Source: Octopus vulgaris (lineage: Eukaryota). Taken from it: a stretch of DNA of 64,000 nucleotides. How positions within the stretch are numbered: position 1 is the first letter of the stretch; every line of letters starts with the position of its first letter. Location of the stretch: the NCBI GenBank assembly GCA_951406725.2, contig OX597822.1, forward strand, positions 63,364,001 through 63,428,000. The letters are read 5' to 3'. Below are positions 1 through 12,632 of this stretch, piece after piece. The notes below the pieces were generated by a model. The model searched no databases, was not told the origin of the DNA, and saw only the letters and a program-made list of their open reading frames with translations. The translations under genes were made by a program, and so were the position numbers.

Positions 1-302
1 TGTCGATAAATCAAAGCGGCAACATCAAAGAGAATCACATGATTAGAAACAGAATCAAAGAAAAGCCCAGTAGTTTTATAACTTGACTGTTTCCAGTAAC
101 ACCTACATGCTGGTTCTTTCTTCCCTTGAGAACGTTCAGTGCATTACTTTAGCAATTGTAATGGAAGTGGTGGTGGGGAACAAAAGATAAACAGAAACAC
201 GTGCGCGCACACTCGGTGCTTCACTTAACATTCATGTACGGAGAGAGAACATTTGAATGCGCTGTATAAATTCTTAAATATAAGAATATACACTAACTCA
301 CA

Positions 303-602
303 GTGGAGGCGCAATGGGTAGCGGACTCGTGGTCGGAGGGTCGCGGTTTCGATTCCCAGATCGGGCGTTGTGTGTGTTTATTGAACGAAAACACTGAAAA
401 GCTCCACGAGGCTCCGGCAGAAGGTGGTGGTGACCCCTGTTGTACTCTTTCGCCACAACTTTCTGTCATTCCCTCTTCCTGTTTCTTGAGTAACGCTGCG
501 ATGGACTGGCATCCCGTCCAGCTGGGAGGAACAGATACGCCGGGGAAACCGGGCCCATGAGCCTGGCTAGGCTTGAATAGGGCGACGTTTATCGTTTTAT
601 AG
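303..602 (+). mobile_element. tRNA-derived SINE, family S2 (tRNA-Arg-like head; resembles octopus OR1/OR2 SINEs)
   Basis: Head GTGGAGGCGCAATGG, B-box GGTTTCGATTCCC, 9-bp TSD TAACTCACA (294-302, 603-611). Homologous copies occur elsewhere in the window. Confidence 0.85.
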
Positions 603-750
603 TAACTCACACACACACATGCATGGCTGCCTGGTTAAGAAGCTCACTTTCTAACCGTGTGGTTTCGAGTTCTGGCCATCTGTACGGTACCTGGGGTAAA
701 ATGTCTTCTACTATAGCCCTTGGCCGACCGATGCCTTGTAAGTGAATTTG

Positions 751-1138
751 GGTACTTTTTGGTTATATCACACCCATTAAAAAATTGCCATTAAAAACTT
801 GGGTTATCTCCCCACTAAAACATCGAGTTAACGTGACAAGAGATTAGATTAAAAGAGTTAGATCCTTTTGATTCAATACTTCAACATATTGTCGACGTTT
901 GGCTTCCTCAATAGGCATGATATGATTTATTATAAAAATATTATCAGATTCAAAACAATGTTTCATCTTTTCACTCTTTATGCTTATTAATTTTTTTCAT
1001 TCTGTTTTCTTTATTTTATTGAGGGTTAAAAAAATTTTTTTTTTAGTCGAAGGAGATAACCAAAACTACCGATATTTCTCGTAAAACGGGGGGAGATAAC
1101 CCAATTTGTTAATGGGGGTGAGATAACCAAAGAGTACC
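751..1138. mobile_element. MITE with GG-starting TIRs and 8-bp TSD (Merlin-like), inserted into a SINE
   Basis: TIR GGTACTTTTTGGTTATATCACACCCATTAA pairs with TTAATGGGGGTGAGATAACCAAAGAGTACC. Exact TSD TGAATTTG at 743-750 and 1139-1146; the SINE sequence resumes after it. Confidence 0.8.
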
Positions 1139-1574
1139 TGAATTTGGTAGGCTAGGAAGTAGACTGTGGATGCCTGTTGAGTGTGTGTGTATAATCCACC
1201 TTCTATGTTGATGATAAACAACGAATTGCTGGAATTTCACATTCCTTTTGGCTATCTTGCAAACCTTGTTATGACTCTAACGATCAACAGTGAATATATA
1301 TGTGTGTGTGTGTGTGTGTATATACATATACATATATATATACATATACATATACACTCCCACCATCACCACCTCTTCACAACCAATGATAGTTAGTTTT
1401 ACGTTGCCATAACTTAGCGGCTCATCAGCAGATACCCACAGAATGGTTAACAGGCTTAAAAAAAACAACATGCAGTGGACATCGATTTATTCGGCTAAAT
1501 CCTTCAAGGCGATGCCCCAGAATGGCCGCAATACAATGAATGAAACAAGTAAAAAGATAAAAGATATGTAGTTT

Positions 1575-2500
1575 CAGGCGTGGCTGTGTGGCAAGAAGCT
1601 TGCTTCCCAACCATATAATTCCAGGTCCAGTCCCACTGCGTGGCACCTTGGACAGGTGTCTTCTTCTATAGCCTCGGGCCGACCAAAGCCTTGGGAGTGG
1701 ATTTGGTAGGTGGAAACTGAAAGAAGCTTGTCGTATATGTATGTGTGTGTGTGTGTGTGTGCGTGTATAATATGTATGTATTTAAGGCAGCGAGCTGGCA
1801 GAATCATTAACACGCCGGGCGAAATGCTTAGCAGTATTCCCTCAGCCGCTACGTTCTGAGTTCATCCTTTTCGGGGTCGATTAAATAAGTACCAGTTGCG
1901 TACTGGGGTCGATGTAATCGACTTAATCCGTTTGTTTGTCCCTTCAATGTTTAGCTCCATGTGGGCAATAAAGAAATAAATATGTATGTATTTGTGTGTC
2001 CGTGCCCCCCGCCCTATTGCTTGAGAACATATCTTGGTGTGTTTACACCCCCGCCCCGCAAAAGAGACATATAGAATAAGTACTACGCTTACAAAGATTT
2101 GTTCGACTAAAGGCGGTGCTCCGTGAAGGCGCAATGGCCCAGCGGTTAGGGCAGCGGACTCGCGGTCAGAGGATCGCGGTTTCGATTCCCAGACCGGGCG
2201 TTGTGTGTGTTTATTGAGCGAAAACACCTAAAAGCTCCACGAGGCTCCAGCAGAGGATGGTGGTAACCCCTGTTGTACTCTTTCGCCACAACTTTCTCTC
2301 ACTCTCTCTCTTCCAGTTTCTTGAGTAACGCTGCAATGGACTGGCATTCCGTCCAGCTGGTGGGGGGGACACATACGCGACAGAAACCGGGAAACCGGGC
2401 CCATGAGCCTGGCTAGGCTTGAAAAGCGCGAAAAGAAAAGAAGAAAGAAAGGCGATGCTCCAACATGGTCGCAGTTTAAATGACTGAAATAAGTAAAAGA
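1575..2500 (+). mobile_element. SINE family S1 with nested S3 fragment (~1784-1980) and nested S2 (2123-2447)
   Basis: S1 head TGGCTGTGTGGCAAGAAGC...GTGGCACCTTGG and tail CAGTTTAAATGACTGAAATAAGTAAAAGA. The nested S2 is flanked by AAAGGCGRTGCTCC (2109-2122, 2448-2461). Confidence 0.8.
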
Positions 2501-3091
2501 AAAAAATAAACGAACTGTGTATTAATATCCATCTACCCACCTGCGTGTGTACTCCTCGGTGTGTGTGGCATTTCTTGATATGTAATTATAATCGTATGTG
2601 TGCGACTATGCGTGCGTATGTGTTCGTATGAGTGTGTGCATATGTGTGTATGTATGTGTGTGTGCGTACGTGTGTGGGTGTGTGTGTCAGTGTATTTCAG
2701 TAAAAGAATAAAAAATGTTGATACGCCTACAAAAAAAAAAAACTACAAATTTTTTTTTTAAAAAACGAAAAAACAATGAAGCAAGTATGTGATAATGTTC
2801 CCTTTTTCAGTAGCTGTCTGTACCCTTATGTTAGAATTAGAAATAAAGTAAAATGGTAACTCAACTGAAATTTCAAATATATATAAAAGCACTCACAAAA
2901 ACAAACAAAGAAAAAAATGCAAAGAGAAACGAACATAAAACAAAAATAAGGTTTTATTTTTTTTCATGATTTCCCCGAAAAGCGACATATTCGGGAAATA
3001 TAAACTTACTGACAAACCCCTAAGCAAAAGTTTAAAGGAAACACAACGAAAAAAATAAATAAAAGCTTATGACATTCCATCATTAATTTTC

Positions 3092-3745
3092 CAGGAGTGG
3101 CTATGTGGTAAGTAACTTGCTAACCAACCACATGGTTCCGGGTTCAGTCCCACTGCTTGGCACCTTGGGCAAGAGTCTTCTACTATAGCTTTGGGCCGAC
3201 CACAGCCTTGTGAGTGGATTTGGTAGGCGGAAACTAAAAGAAGCCCGTCGTATTTATGCACATATATATTTCTTTACTGCCCACAAGGGGCTAAACGTAG
3301 AGGGGACAAACAAGGACAGACAAACGGATTAAGTCGATTACATCGACCCCAGTGCATAACTGGTACTTAATTTATCGACCCCGAAAGGATGAAAGGCAAA
3401 GTCGACCTCGGCGGTATTTGAACTCAGAACGTAACGGCAGACGAAATACGGCTACGCATTTCGCCCGGCGTGCTAACATTTCTGCCACACACATATATAT
3501 ATATGTGTGTGTGTATGTGTGCGTATATGTTTGCACGTCTGTGTTTGTCCACCCCCACCCCACCCCCAACATCGCTTGACAACCGATGCTGGTGTGTTTG
3601 CGTCCCCGTAACTTAGCGGTTCGGCAAAAGAGACTGACAGAATATGTACTAGGCTTACAAAGAATAAGTCCTGAGGTTGATTTGCTCGACTAAAGGCGGT
3701 GCTCCAGCATGGCCGCAGTCAAATGACTGAAACAAGTAAAAGAGT

Positions 3746-3746
<1 letters not shown>
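3092..3746 (+). mobile_element. SINE family S1 with reverse S3 fragment (~3268-3486) in its central microsatellite
   Basis: Matches the other S1 copies end to end and is followed by (GA)n at 3747-3801. Confidence 0.85.
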
Positions 3747-3804
<58 letters not shown>

Positions 3805-4211
3805 ATTTTCTTGTAAATTGGGGTCTTTTCAATCTGAGTCAGATTTTAATTTTTTAACTAAACAGTTTGAAAGTTCGGATACTGGTTGAATATGTCACGT
3901 AGAACACGGTTAACTCTTAACGTTTTTATCTGGATGAGAAAAACTGAAAGTGTATTTTTTTCCCGTCTTATCCAAAGTGTCCTCTCTCTTTTATATAATG
4001 TCAACGCGTGACATTGAGAGAGATTTGGCTGTTATTTCCAGCAAATCGTAGGGTGAGAGAGAGAGAAAAAAAAACGGAGAGAGAGTGGAGGTGTGTTGAC
4101 GATCTGAACAAGAGCTTATATAAAACTACCACCACAGCTTTATTAATTTATTAAACCCTCCCTCTCCTTTTCCTAGTTTCCATTCGAGGTTTTATCAGCT
4201 TTACATATGAA

Positions 4212-4255
<44 letters not shown>

Positions 4256-4375
4256 TGTGTATGTGTGTGCGCGTGCGCGTGTGATGGACAGCATGAACAA
4301 CTGTCAACTTCACAATCCCCCTCCCGAGATTGAAAAAATCCGTAAATTCCTTTAAATAATGAATTTTATTTATCT

Positions 4376-4383
4376 ATTTATTA

Positions 4384-4432
<49 letters not shown>

Positions 4433-4478
4433 TATTAATATCATCATCATTATTATTATCATTATTATTATTATTATG

Positions 4479-4510
<32 letters not shown>

Positions 4511-4521
4511 CATTATTATTA

Positions 4522-4618
<97 letters not shown>

Positions 4619-4652
4619 CTATTTATCATTATTATTATTATTATTATTATTA

Positions 4653-4683
<31 letters not shown>

Positions 4684-4706
4684 CATCATCATCATCATCA
4701 TCATCA

Positions 4707-4758
<52 letters not shown>

Positions 4759-4778
4759 CATGGTTATTATTATTATCA
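4376..4778. repeat. Long compound (ATT)n/(ATC)n microsatellite
   Basis: About 400 bp of ATT/ATC triplets; source of the poly-I, poly-L and poly-N ORFs. Confidence 0.98.
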
Positions 4779-5088
4779 TTTTTTGGGGGGGATAAATAAT
4801 GCAATTAAATCTATTCCTTCTTCCTTCTATTATGAATAGATTATTTATTTATTTATTTATTTATATTATTAAATGGAACAAGACTAAGAGGGTGGGGGAG
4901 AAGGGGAGTCGTTCCATCTGTTTAATGCTTGTTATGAATTCGACTGTCGGTGGTTTTGTGGTTGTGTGTTGGGTGGGTGGGTGGTGGATAGGTGGAAGGT
5001 AGTATGATGAAACGAACCCTTTTGACCCCAATATTTTCAATTGTAGACCGAGCGGTTCATGGGTACTCTGTGCGGGTATATTTATTAA

Positions 5089-5140
<52 letters not shown>

Positions 5141-5343
5141 TGTGTGTGTGTGTGCCTGTATGTGTGTGCGTGTGTATAAACAAATATAGACATATATGCG
5201 TACATACATAAACATGTATATACAAATATATAATATATATATATATATATATGCATACATATGCGTATGTATATATACATATATAAACAAATATACTTCC
5301 ATATAAACATACACACACACACACACATGTATATATATATATA

Positions 5344-5510
5344 TAGGTGCAGGGATGGCTGTGTGATAAGGAGTGGCTTGCTTACCAACCATATGGTTCC
5401 GGGCTCAGTCCTACTTCGTGACACCTTGGGTGTCTTCTACTATAGCCTCGGGCCGACCAAAGCCTTGTGAGTGGATTTAGTAGATGGGAAACTCAAAGAA
5501 GCCCGTCGTA

Positions 5511-5574
<64 letters not shown>

Positions 5575-5811
5575 TATATATATTTGTGTGTGTGTGTGTG
5601 TGTTTGTTTGTGTGTGTGTGTGTTTGTCCTCCCAAACATCGCTTGACAACCGATGCTGGTGTGTTTACGTCCCCGTAACTTAGCAGTTCGGCAAAAGAGA
5701 CCGATAGAATAAGTACTGGGCTTACAAAGAATAAGTCACGGGGTCGATTTGCTCGACTAAAGGCGGTGCTCCAGCATGGCCGCTGTCAAATGACTGAAAC
5801 AAGTAAAAGAG
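5344..5811 (+). mobile_element. SINE family S1, full length, with internal (TA)n(TG)n
   Basis: tRNA-like head, CACCTTGGG core, internal microsatellite, 3' stem-loop tail CTGTCAAATGACTGAAACAAGTAAAAGAG. Confidence 0.9.
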
Positions 5812-5842
5812 TATATATATATATATATGTATGTATATATAT

Positions 5843-8577
5843 CCCCATGCTCAATTCGTCCTGTCGAAAGACCCTTGTCCTACGTCCTGGTTTTGTTTTG
5901 TTGTTTATTCTTTATACTTTATTTTTACCGTTATTGTTTTACGTTTTTGTATTCTTATTGTTGTCACGTATTCTGTATTTTTGTTCGTGTACTTCGTTCG
6001 TTTTCCGTCCTCGTGTTGTATACATTCGAAGCTTTCTTCCAGGGGATCTAATGCACTTGGCTTAGATTTCCCGTGGCGGGCTGGCCATATCGGAGCAATC
6101 TCAAGATTAATCGGCCGAGGTTGCTGGGATGATCTGGTTCTTGACTGATGACTGAGGGCTTCGAATGTCCCGTCCAGTGGTTCTTGTGTCGTCTCTGTGG
6201 CGTTTCATGTTCTTGTCCATGTCTGTAATTATTTTTACTGTTTACCTATATAATCGGCGGCTACGTATCCACAATTGTCCTTATACGATAAGTATATTTT
6301 TTCTCAAGCATTGATACGACTCTTAATCTTTCTTTCTCTCTCTCTCTCCTCCCTTATTCCCCCTCCTTTCTTTCCCTCTCCATCCGTTTCCCCCCCTTCT
6401 ACGTTTCTCTATCTCTCTCACCTCCAGCCCCCTCGATCTGTCTCTTTCTTCTCCTCCCTCGTCCACCTTCTCTCTCTTTTCATCTATCCCTTTCTCTTGT
6501 CTTTTGTTCTCACGTGACCGCTAGCCGCTGTTGAACGTTCTTTTCGTTCCAGCAGCCGTTGAAGCAACACGTACTTGTTCGTCTCCCTGTGGCCATTAGG
6601 CACAACTTCATAAGCTAGCCCCATGCTCAATTCGTCCTGTCGAAAGACCCTTGTCCTACGTCCTGGTTTTGTTTTGTTGTTTATTCTTTATACTTTATTT
6701 TTACCGTTATTGTTTTACGTTTTTGTATTCTTATTGTTGTCACGTATTCTGTATTTTTGTTCGTGTACTTCGTTCGTTTTCCGTCCTCGTGTTGTATACA
6801 TTCGAAGCTTTCTTCCAGGGGATCTAATGCACTTGGCTTAGATTTCCCGTGGCAGGCTGGCCATATCGGAGCAATCTCAAGATTAATCGGCCGAGGTTGC
6901 TGGGATGATCTGGTTCTTGACTGATGACTGAGGGCTTCGAATGTCCCGTCCAGTGGTTCTTGTGTCGTCTCTGTGGCGTTTCATGTTCTTGTCCATGTCT
7001 GTAATTATTTTTACTGTTTACCTATATAATCGGCGGCTACGTATCCACAATTGTCCTTATACGATAAGTATATTTTTTCTCAAGCATTGATACGACTCTT
7101 AATCTTTCTTTCTCTCTCTCTCTCCTCCCTTATTCCCCCTCCTTTCTTTCCCTCTCCATCCGTTTCCCCCCCCTTCTACGTTTCTCTATCTCTCTCACCT
7201 CCAGCCCCCTCGATCTGTCTCTTTCTTCTCCTCCCTCGTCCACCTTCTCTCTCTTTTCATCTATCCCTTTCTCTTGTCTTTTGTTCTCACGTGACCGCTA
7301 GCCGCTGTTGAACGTTCTTTTCGTTCCAGCAGCCGTTGAAGCAACACGTACTTGTTCGTCTCCCTGTGGCCATTAGGCACAACTTCATAAGCTAGCCCCA
7401 TGCTCAATTCGTCCTGTCGAAAGACCCTTGTCCTACGTCCTGGTTTTGTTTTGTTGTTTATTCTTTATACTTTATTTTTACCGTTATTGTTTTACGTTTT
7501 TGTATTCTTATTGTTGTCACGTATTCTGTATTTTTGTTCGTGTACTTCGTTCGTTTTCCGTCCTCGTGTTGTATACATTCGAAGCTTTCTTCCAGGGGAT
7601 CTAATGCACTTGGCTTAGATTTCCCGTGGCGGGCTGGCCATATCGGAGCAATCTCAAGATTAATCGGCCGAGGTTGCTGGGATGATCTGGTTCTTGACTG
7701 ATGACTGAGGGCTTCGAATGTCCCGTCCAGTGGTTCTTGTGTCGTCTCTGTGGCGTTTCATGTTCTTGTCCATGTCTGTAATTATTTTTACTGTTTACCT
7801 ATATAATCGGCGGCTACGTATCCACAATTGTCCTTATACGATAAGTATATTTTTTCTCAAGCATTGATACGACTCTTAATCTTTCTTTCTCTCTCTCTCT
7901 CCTCCCTTATTCCCCCTCCTTTCTTTCCCTCTCCATCCGTTTCCCCCCCCTTCTACGTTTCTCTATCTCTCTCACCTCCAGCCCCCTCGATCTGTCTCTT
8001 TCTTCTCCTCCCTCGTCCACCTTCTCTCTCTTTTCATCTATCCCTTTCTCTTGTCTTTTGTTCTCACGTGACCGCTAGCCGCTGTTGAACGTTCTTTTCG
8101 TTCCAGCAGCCGTTGAAGCAACACGTACTTGTTCGTCTCCCTGTGGCCATTAGGCACAACTTCATAAGCTAGCCCCATGCTCAATTCGTCCTGTCGAAAG
8201 ACCCTTGTCCTACGTCCTGGTTTTGTTTTGTTGTTTATTCTTTATACTTTATTTTTACCGTTATTGTTTTACGTTTTTGTATTCTTATTGTTGTCACGTA
8301 TTCTGTATTTTTGTTCGTGTACTTCGTTCGTTTTCCGTCCTCGTGTTGTATACATTCGAAGCTTTCTTCCAGGGGATCTAATGCACTTGGCTTAGATTTC
8401 CCGTGGCGGGCTTGGCCATATCGGAGCAATCTCAAGATTAATCGGCCGAGGTTGCTGGGATGATCTGGTTCTTGACTGATGACTGAGGGCTTCGAATGTC
8501 CCGTCCAGTGGTTCTTGTGTCGTCTCTGTGGCGTTTCATGTTCTTGTCCATGTCTGTAATTATTTTTACTGTTTACC

Positions 8578-8583
<6 letters not shown>
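5843..8583 (+). repeat. Tandem array of a 776-777 bp unit (3.5 copies): four ~410-bp repeats separated by three ~370-bp pyrimidine-rich spacers
   Basis: Units start at 5843, 6619, 7396 and 8173 and are near identical. Both ends lie in (TA)n. A diverged homologue is at 29091-30170 (-). Confidence 0.97.
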
Positions 8584-8608
<25 letters not shown>

Positions 8609-9435
8609 ACACACACGCAGCACACACATATGCTTGTGCGTGCGTGTGTTCTTAGTACTTGCATACCGTAGGGAAATATTCTTGTCTTCACAGCAATTCT
8701 CTTTCTCTCTCCCTTCCCCTCCCTCTCTCCCTCTCCTCTCTCTCTCTATTTCATCCTCTCACCATCACAACCACACACGGAGCTTCGAAATTTTTTGTTG
8801 ATCCAAAATAAGAAAAAAAAAACGTAGAACCCACAGCTTGTTGAAGTGTTCCAGTGCTGGATAGAATGACTTGGAACCAAAAAAGAAAAGAAAAGAAAAA
8901 AAAGTAGTTAATAATTCCAATGAAAAGGTCAAAGTTTAGTTAATATGAAATACATAAACAGGAAGTGAATTCCAAAAATGAGACTCTGCTGGAATGCGGG
9001 GAAGACTCTTGCATGTTGCTCTAGGAAGTAGTTTTAAAGAGAGAATGTGTTTGTTGTGTATTAGCGAGAGGTAGGGAGGAGGGAGAAAAATTGAGAGCAA
9101 GAGAGAGAATGTTTGAGATAGATAGAAGCACGCACGCATACACGCACAACACACACACACATACAGACACACACACAAACTGTGGCGAAAAAGTAAATGC
9201 TACGAATAATTTTATTTGCAGACGAGATGAAACTGGAGGAGAGTAACCGTTTTCTTCTTTTATAATTCCATTAACATCTAAAATGCTTTCTAGGCAGCTC
9301 TAGATTAAACTAGTAAGCAAAATAAGCACGTACTTAGGGCATGAAGGGAAAGAGAGGACACCACAGAAACGTTACGTACATGGTTTACGGCACGAAAGAA
9401 ATCACTTTAAGCTAAAATAATATTCGGGATGCTTT

Positions 9436-9790
9436 GGGATCTTTACCTTTTGACCGACAGATTTAAAAAATAATTTTTTTGTAACTAAACACTTTAAAAC
9501 TTCGGACAGTGTTAGAATGTGTCATATAAAACATATTTTACTCTTAGCGTTTTTGAGAAAAGCTTATATTTAGGAAGTTATATTTCACGTTAAAGTTGTA
9601 GTATTTCGGTCATTTTAACCAATCAATGACGTGTATTCACCTGAATAAAATTACTGCCGTTGACAACTTCCGGCGGTGTATATTTTTTTTGTCACTGTTA
9701 TTTATGACAACCCTAACCCTAACCCTAAAACGTTAACCTTAACCTTAACCCCAAATCCTAACCCTAAAACCTTAAAGCTAAAACCAGTAC
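9436..9790. mobile_element. Degenerate DNA-transposon-like element with internal telomere-like (CCCTAA) tract
   Basis: Starts GGGATCTTT and is similar to 3820-3960. AACCCTAACCCTAACCCTAA variants at ~9709-9775. Confidence 0.45.
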
Positions 9791-10365
9791 AAACGCACGA
9801 ACGATGTCATAATTTAACAGTTTTGTTCCTCTCACTTCCTACATCAGAGGTGTCAGATATGCGACTAGTGGGCTACATGCGGCACAAGGGCTACATGTGA
9901 CACCCCCCCACACACACAAACACACACGCTCTTGTGCAGGTTTCATCGTGTTCTTACATGCATCTCATGACACTTTTACTGCTTCTGTCGTATTTCGTAT
10001 CACTCGTAGCAGTCGGAGTGATATATATATATCTGTTTCTTTATTGCATACAACGAAATGATTTCTTAATGGCCGTGTGGCAACCACGAGATTTCGCGTT
10101 CAATTCCACAACACTTTGGGTAAATATTTTCTACTATATCCCCGGGCTGATCAATGACCAATTTGATAGACGGAAACTGTGAGGAAGCCCGTCGCATATA
10201 TTATATGTATATGAGTGTGTATATCTTTATATTTTCCCGCTTCACAACCGCTTCACAAAAAGTCCTGGGATCGATTTATTCGATTAACCCCATCAAGGCG
10301 TTGTCCCAGCACGGCTACATTCCAAGAATACAAGACAAGATAATATTGATATGGTCCTAGAACAC

Positions 10366-10976
10366 GGATCTTGTTAAATTTCTTCCAACCGCATGAAGTT
10401 TTTCAAATTTTCACCAGATTATTTTCCAAAAAATGTAGCTTTAAATGCTGATGACGAAAATCACATACATTTTTTTTCTCTTTTACTTGTTTCAGTCATT
10501 TGACTGCAGCCATGCTGGAGCACCGCCTTTAGTCGAGCAAATCGACCCCCGGGACTTATTCTTTTGTAAGCCTAGTACTTATTCTATCGGTCTCTTTTGC
10601 CGAACCGCTAACTTACGGGGACGTAAACACCCCAGCATCGGTTGTCAAGCGATGTTGGGGGTGGGGACAAACACAGACGTGCAAACACACACACACATAT
10701 ATATACATATATACGACGGGCTTCTTTCAGTTTCCGTCTACCAAATCCACTCACAAAAGTTTGGTCGGCCCGAGGTTATAGTAGAAGACACTTGCTCAAG
10801 GTGCCACGCGGTGGGACTGAACCCGGAACCATGTGGTTGGTAAGCAAGCTACTTACCACACAGCCACTCCTAGAAATTAATAATAAAAAGTTATATCAGT
10901 GTAGGAGATTTTTGGGGAAAAAATCTGGTGAAAATATGAAATACTTCAAGTAGTTGGAAAAAATTTAACAAGATCC
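10366..10976. mobile_element. MITE with ~70-bp GG-starting TIRs, interrupted by a reverse S1 SINE (10477-10871)
   Basis: GGATCTTGTTAAATTTCTTCCAAC... pairs with ...GTTGGAAAAAATTTAACAAGATCC. The 8-bp flanks TAGAACAC and CAGAACGT may be a degenerate TSD. Confidence 0.75.
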
Positions 10977-11208
10977 CAGAACGTTTCCGGACAGAATTAA
11001 ACTCCAGCGTAATTTCTGTGCCGATGAAGAAGTTTAAAGCGTCGATGTTGACACATTTGCAAGTTGAGAGCTATGGTAAGTGCAATAGTCCTGCTCTTCC
11101 CAAGGGCATTAGCAGAGAAGATAAAGAGGTGTTGGTGTTGTTGGTATTTAATTCCAGGTTAACATTAATTGAGTATATCAAAGCATTCAGGCCAAGACCA
11201 TCACAGTA

Positions 11209-11460
11209 CAGCGGGGTCGGCGCTCGGAAATGCGGAGCTAAATTAGAGAAATGTCAGTGGGGCTCTCTACTCTGCAAAAGTTGAAAACTGGCGTGTTATG
11301 ATTCGTGTAATACGTCAGTTCCAGTCAAAAAAGCGTTGAGGGCTTGCTATACAAGAAAATTCATCATGGCATCCTGTATTCGAGTGAGTGAGCGGGGCCC
11401 TCTTTTGGCGCGGGGCCCAATTTGAACAAATGTGTTTAAATACCTTAAAACCCAGCCCTG
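11209..11460. mobile_element. Degenerate hAT-like MITE
   Basis: CAGCGGGGTCGGC start and CCCAGCCCTG end, with internal GGGGCCC repeats typical of hAT MITEs. TSD not resolved. Confidence 0.4.
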
Positions 11461-11576
11461 AGTACAGCTACAGCACTAACTTTCCGGACACTGATGTTCC
11501 GGAACATCTTATAACCGTTACTAATTTATACTAATGTACAAGAACCTGTATTTCAATGAATTATTTAAGTAAACCT

Positions 11577-11877
11577 TGGAGGCACATGGCCTAGTGGTTA
11601 GAGCAGCGAACTCGCGGTCGAGGGATCGCGGGTTCGAATCTCAGACCGGGCGATGTGTGTGTTTATGAGCGAAACACCTAACTTCCACGCGGCTCCGGCA
11701 GAAGGTAATGGCGAACTTCTGCTGACTCCTTCGTCACAACTTTCTCTCACTCTTTCCTCCTGCATCTTGCAGCTCACCTGTGACGGACCGGCGTCCCGTC
11801 CAGATGGGGAACCTATACGCCAAGGAAACCGGGAAACCGACCCTTATGAGCCAGGCATGTCTCGAGAAGGAACAAAC
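11577..11877 (+). mobile_element. tRNA-derived SINE (S2 variant)
   Basis: TGGCCTAGTGG A-box and GGTTCGAATCT B-box; 11-bp TSD ATTTAAGTAAA (11563-11573, 11878-11888). Confidence 0.85.
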
Positions 11878-11989
11878 ATTTAAGTAAATTATATATTTGT
11901 TTAACCAAGGTGACAGTAATCCGGAAAAGCTTTTGGAACCAAAGATTCCGGAAAATCGATGGTGGACTTCTGTATCTAATATTTCTTTT

Positions 11990-12345
11990 ATTCTCTTACT
12001 TGTTTCATGCTGGAGCAGCGCCTTAAAGGGTTTTAGTCGAGCAAATCGACCCCAGGACTTATTCTTTGTAAGCCTAGTACTTATTTTATCGAGTAATTTT
12101 GCCGAAACGCTAAGTTACGGGGGACATAAACACATCAGTATCATTTGTCAAGCGATGGCAGGGGGGACAAACACAGACACACACACACATATTCGACGAG
12201 CTTCTTTCAGTTTCCGTCTACCAAGTCCACTCACAAGCCCGAGGCTATAGTAGAAAACACTTGCGCGAAGTTCCACACAGTGCGATTGAACCCGGAGCCA
12301 TGTGGTTGGGAAGTAAGGTTCTTACCACACGGCCACGCCTGCGCT
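11990..12345 (-). mobile_element. SINE family S1 (diverged)
   Basis: Reverse complement matches the S1 head, body and tail. Confidence 0.8.
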
Positions 12346-12386
12346 TAAATATACTTTTATTTTAAAATGGTAGTAGTAGTAGGACG

Positions 12387-12632
12387 AGTGGAGGCGCGTG
12401 GCTTAGTGTTTAGGGTGTCAGCATCATGATCGTAAGATTGTGGTTTCGATTCCTGGACCGGGCGACGCGTTGTGTTCTTGAGCAAAACACTTCATTTCAC
12501 GCTGCTCCAGTCCACTCAGCTGGCAAAAATGAGTAACGCTGCGATGGACTGTCGTACCGTCCAGCTCAGGAACACATACGCCATTGAAACCGGGCCCATG
12601 AGCCTGGCTAGGCTTTAAAAGGGCGCATTTAT
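12387..12632 (+). mobile_element. tRNA-derived SINE with CORE-like segment (S2-related)
   Basis: GTGTTCTTGAGCAAAACACTTCATTTCAC segment follows the tRNA-like head; flanked by repeated TAGTWGTAGGACG. Confidence 0.8.

Noticed and set aside
303-370. tRNA genes at tRNA-like sequences (also 2123, 11577, 12387, 15060, 39023)
   Set aside because: They are SINE heads: no proper acceptor stem, each continues into a SINE body, and TSDs flank them.
4359-4804. Poly-Ile, poly-Leu and poly-Asn ORFs
   Set aside because: They are translations of an (ATT)n/(ATC)n microsatellite.
6140-6175. CTGATGA...CGAAT as a canonical hammerhead core
   Set aside because: It has GAAT rather than GAAA, no convincing stem II and no stem III/NUH site. 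It is kept only as a conserved motif.
5766-8801. Repeated hydrophobic 72-105 aa ORFs in the tandem array
   Set aside because: They arise from T-rich composition, a C-run indel shifts the frame between units, and they are not evidently preserved in the diverged homologue at 29091-30170.
9709-9775. True telomere or chromosome fusion site
   Set aside because: The tract is short and degenerate, embedded in transposon-like sequence, and has no head-to-head array.
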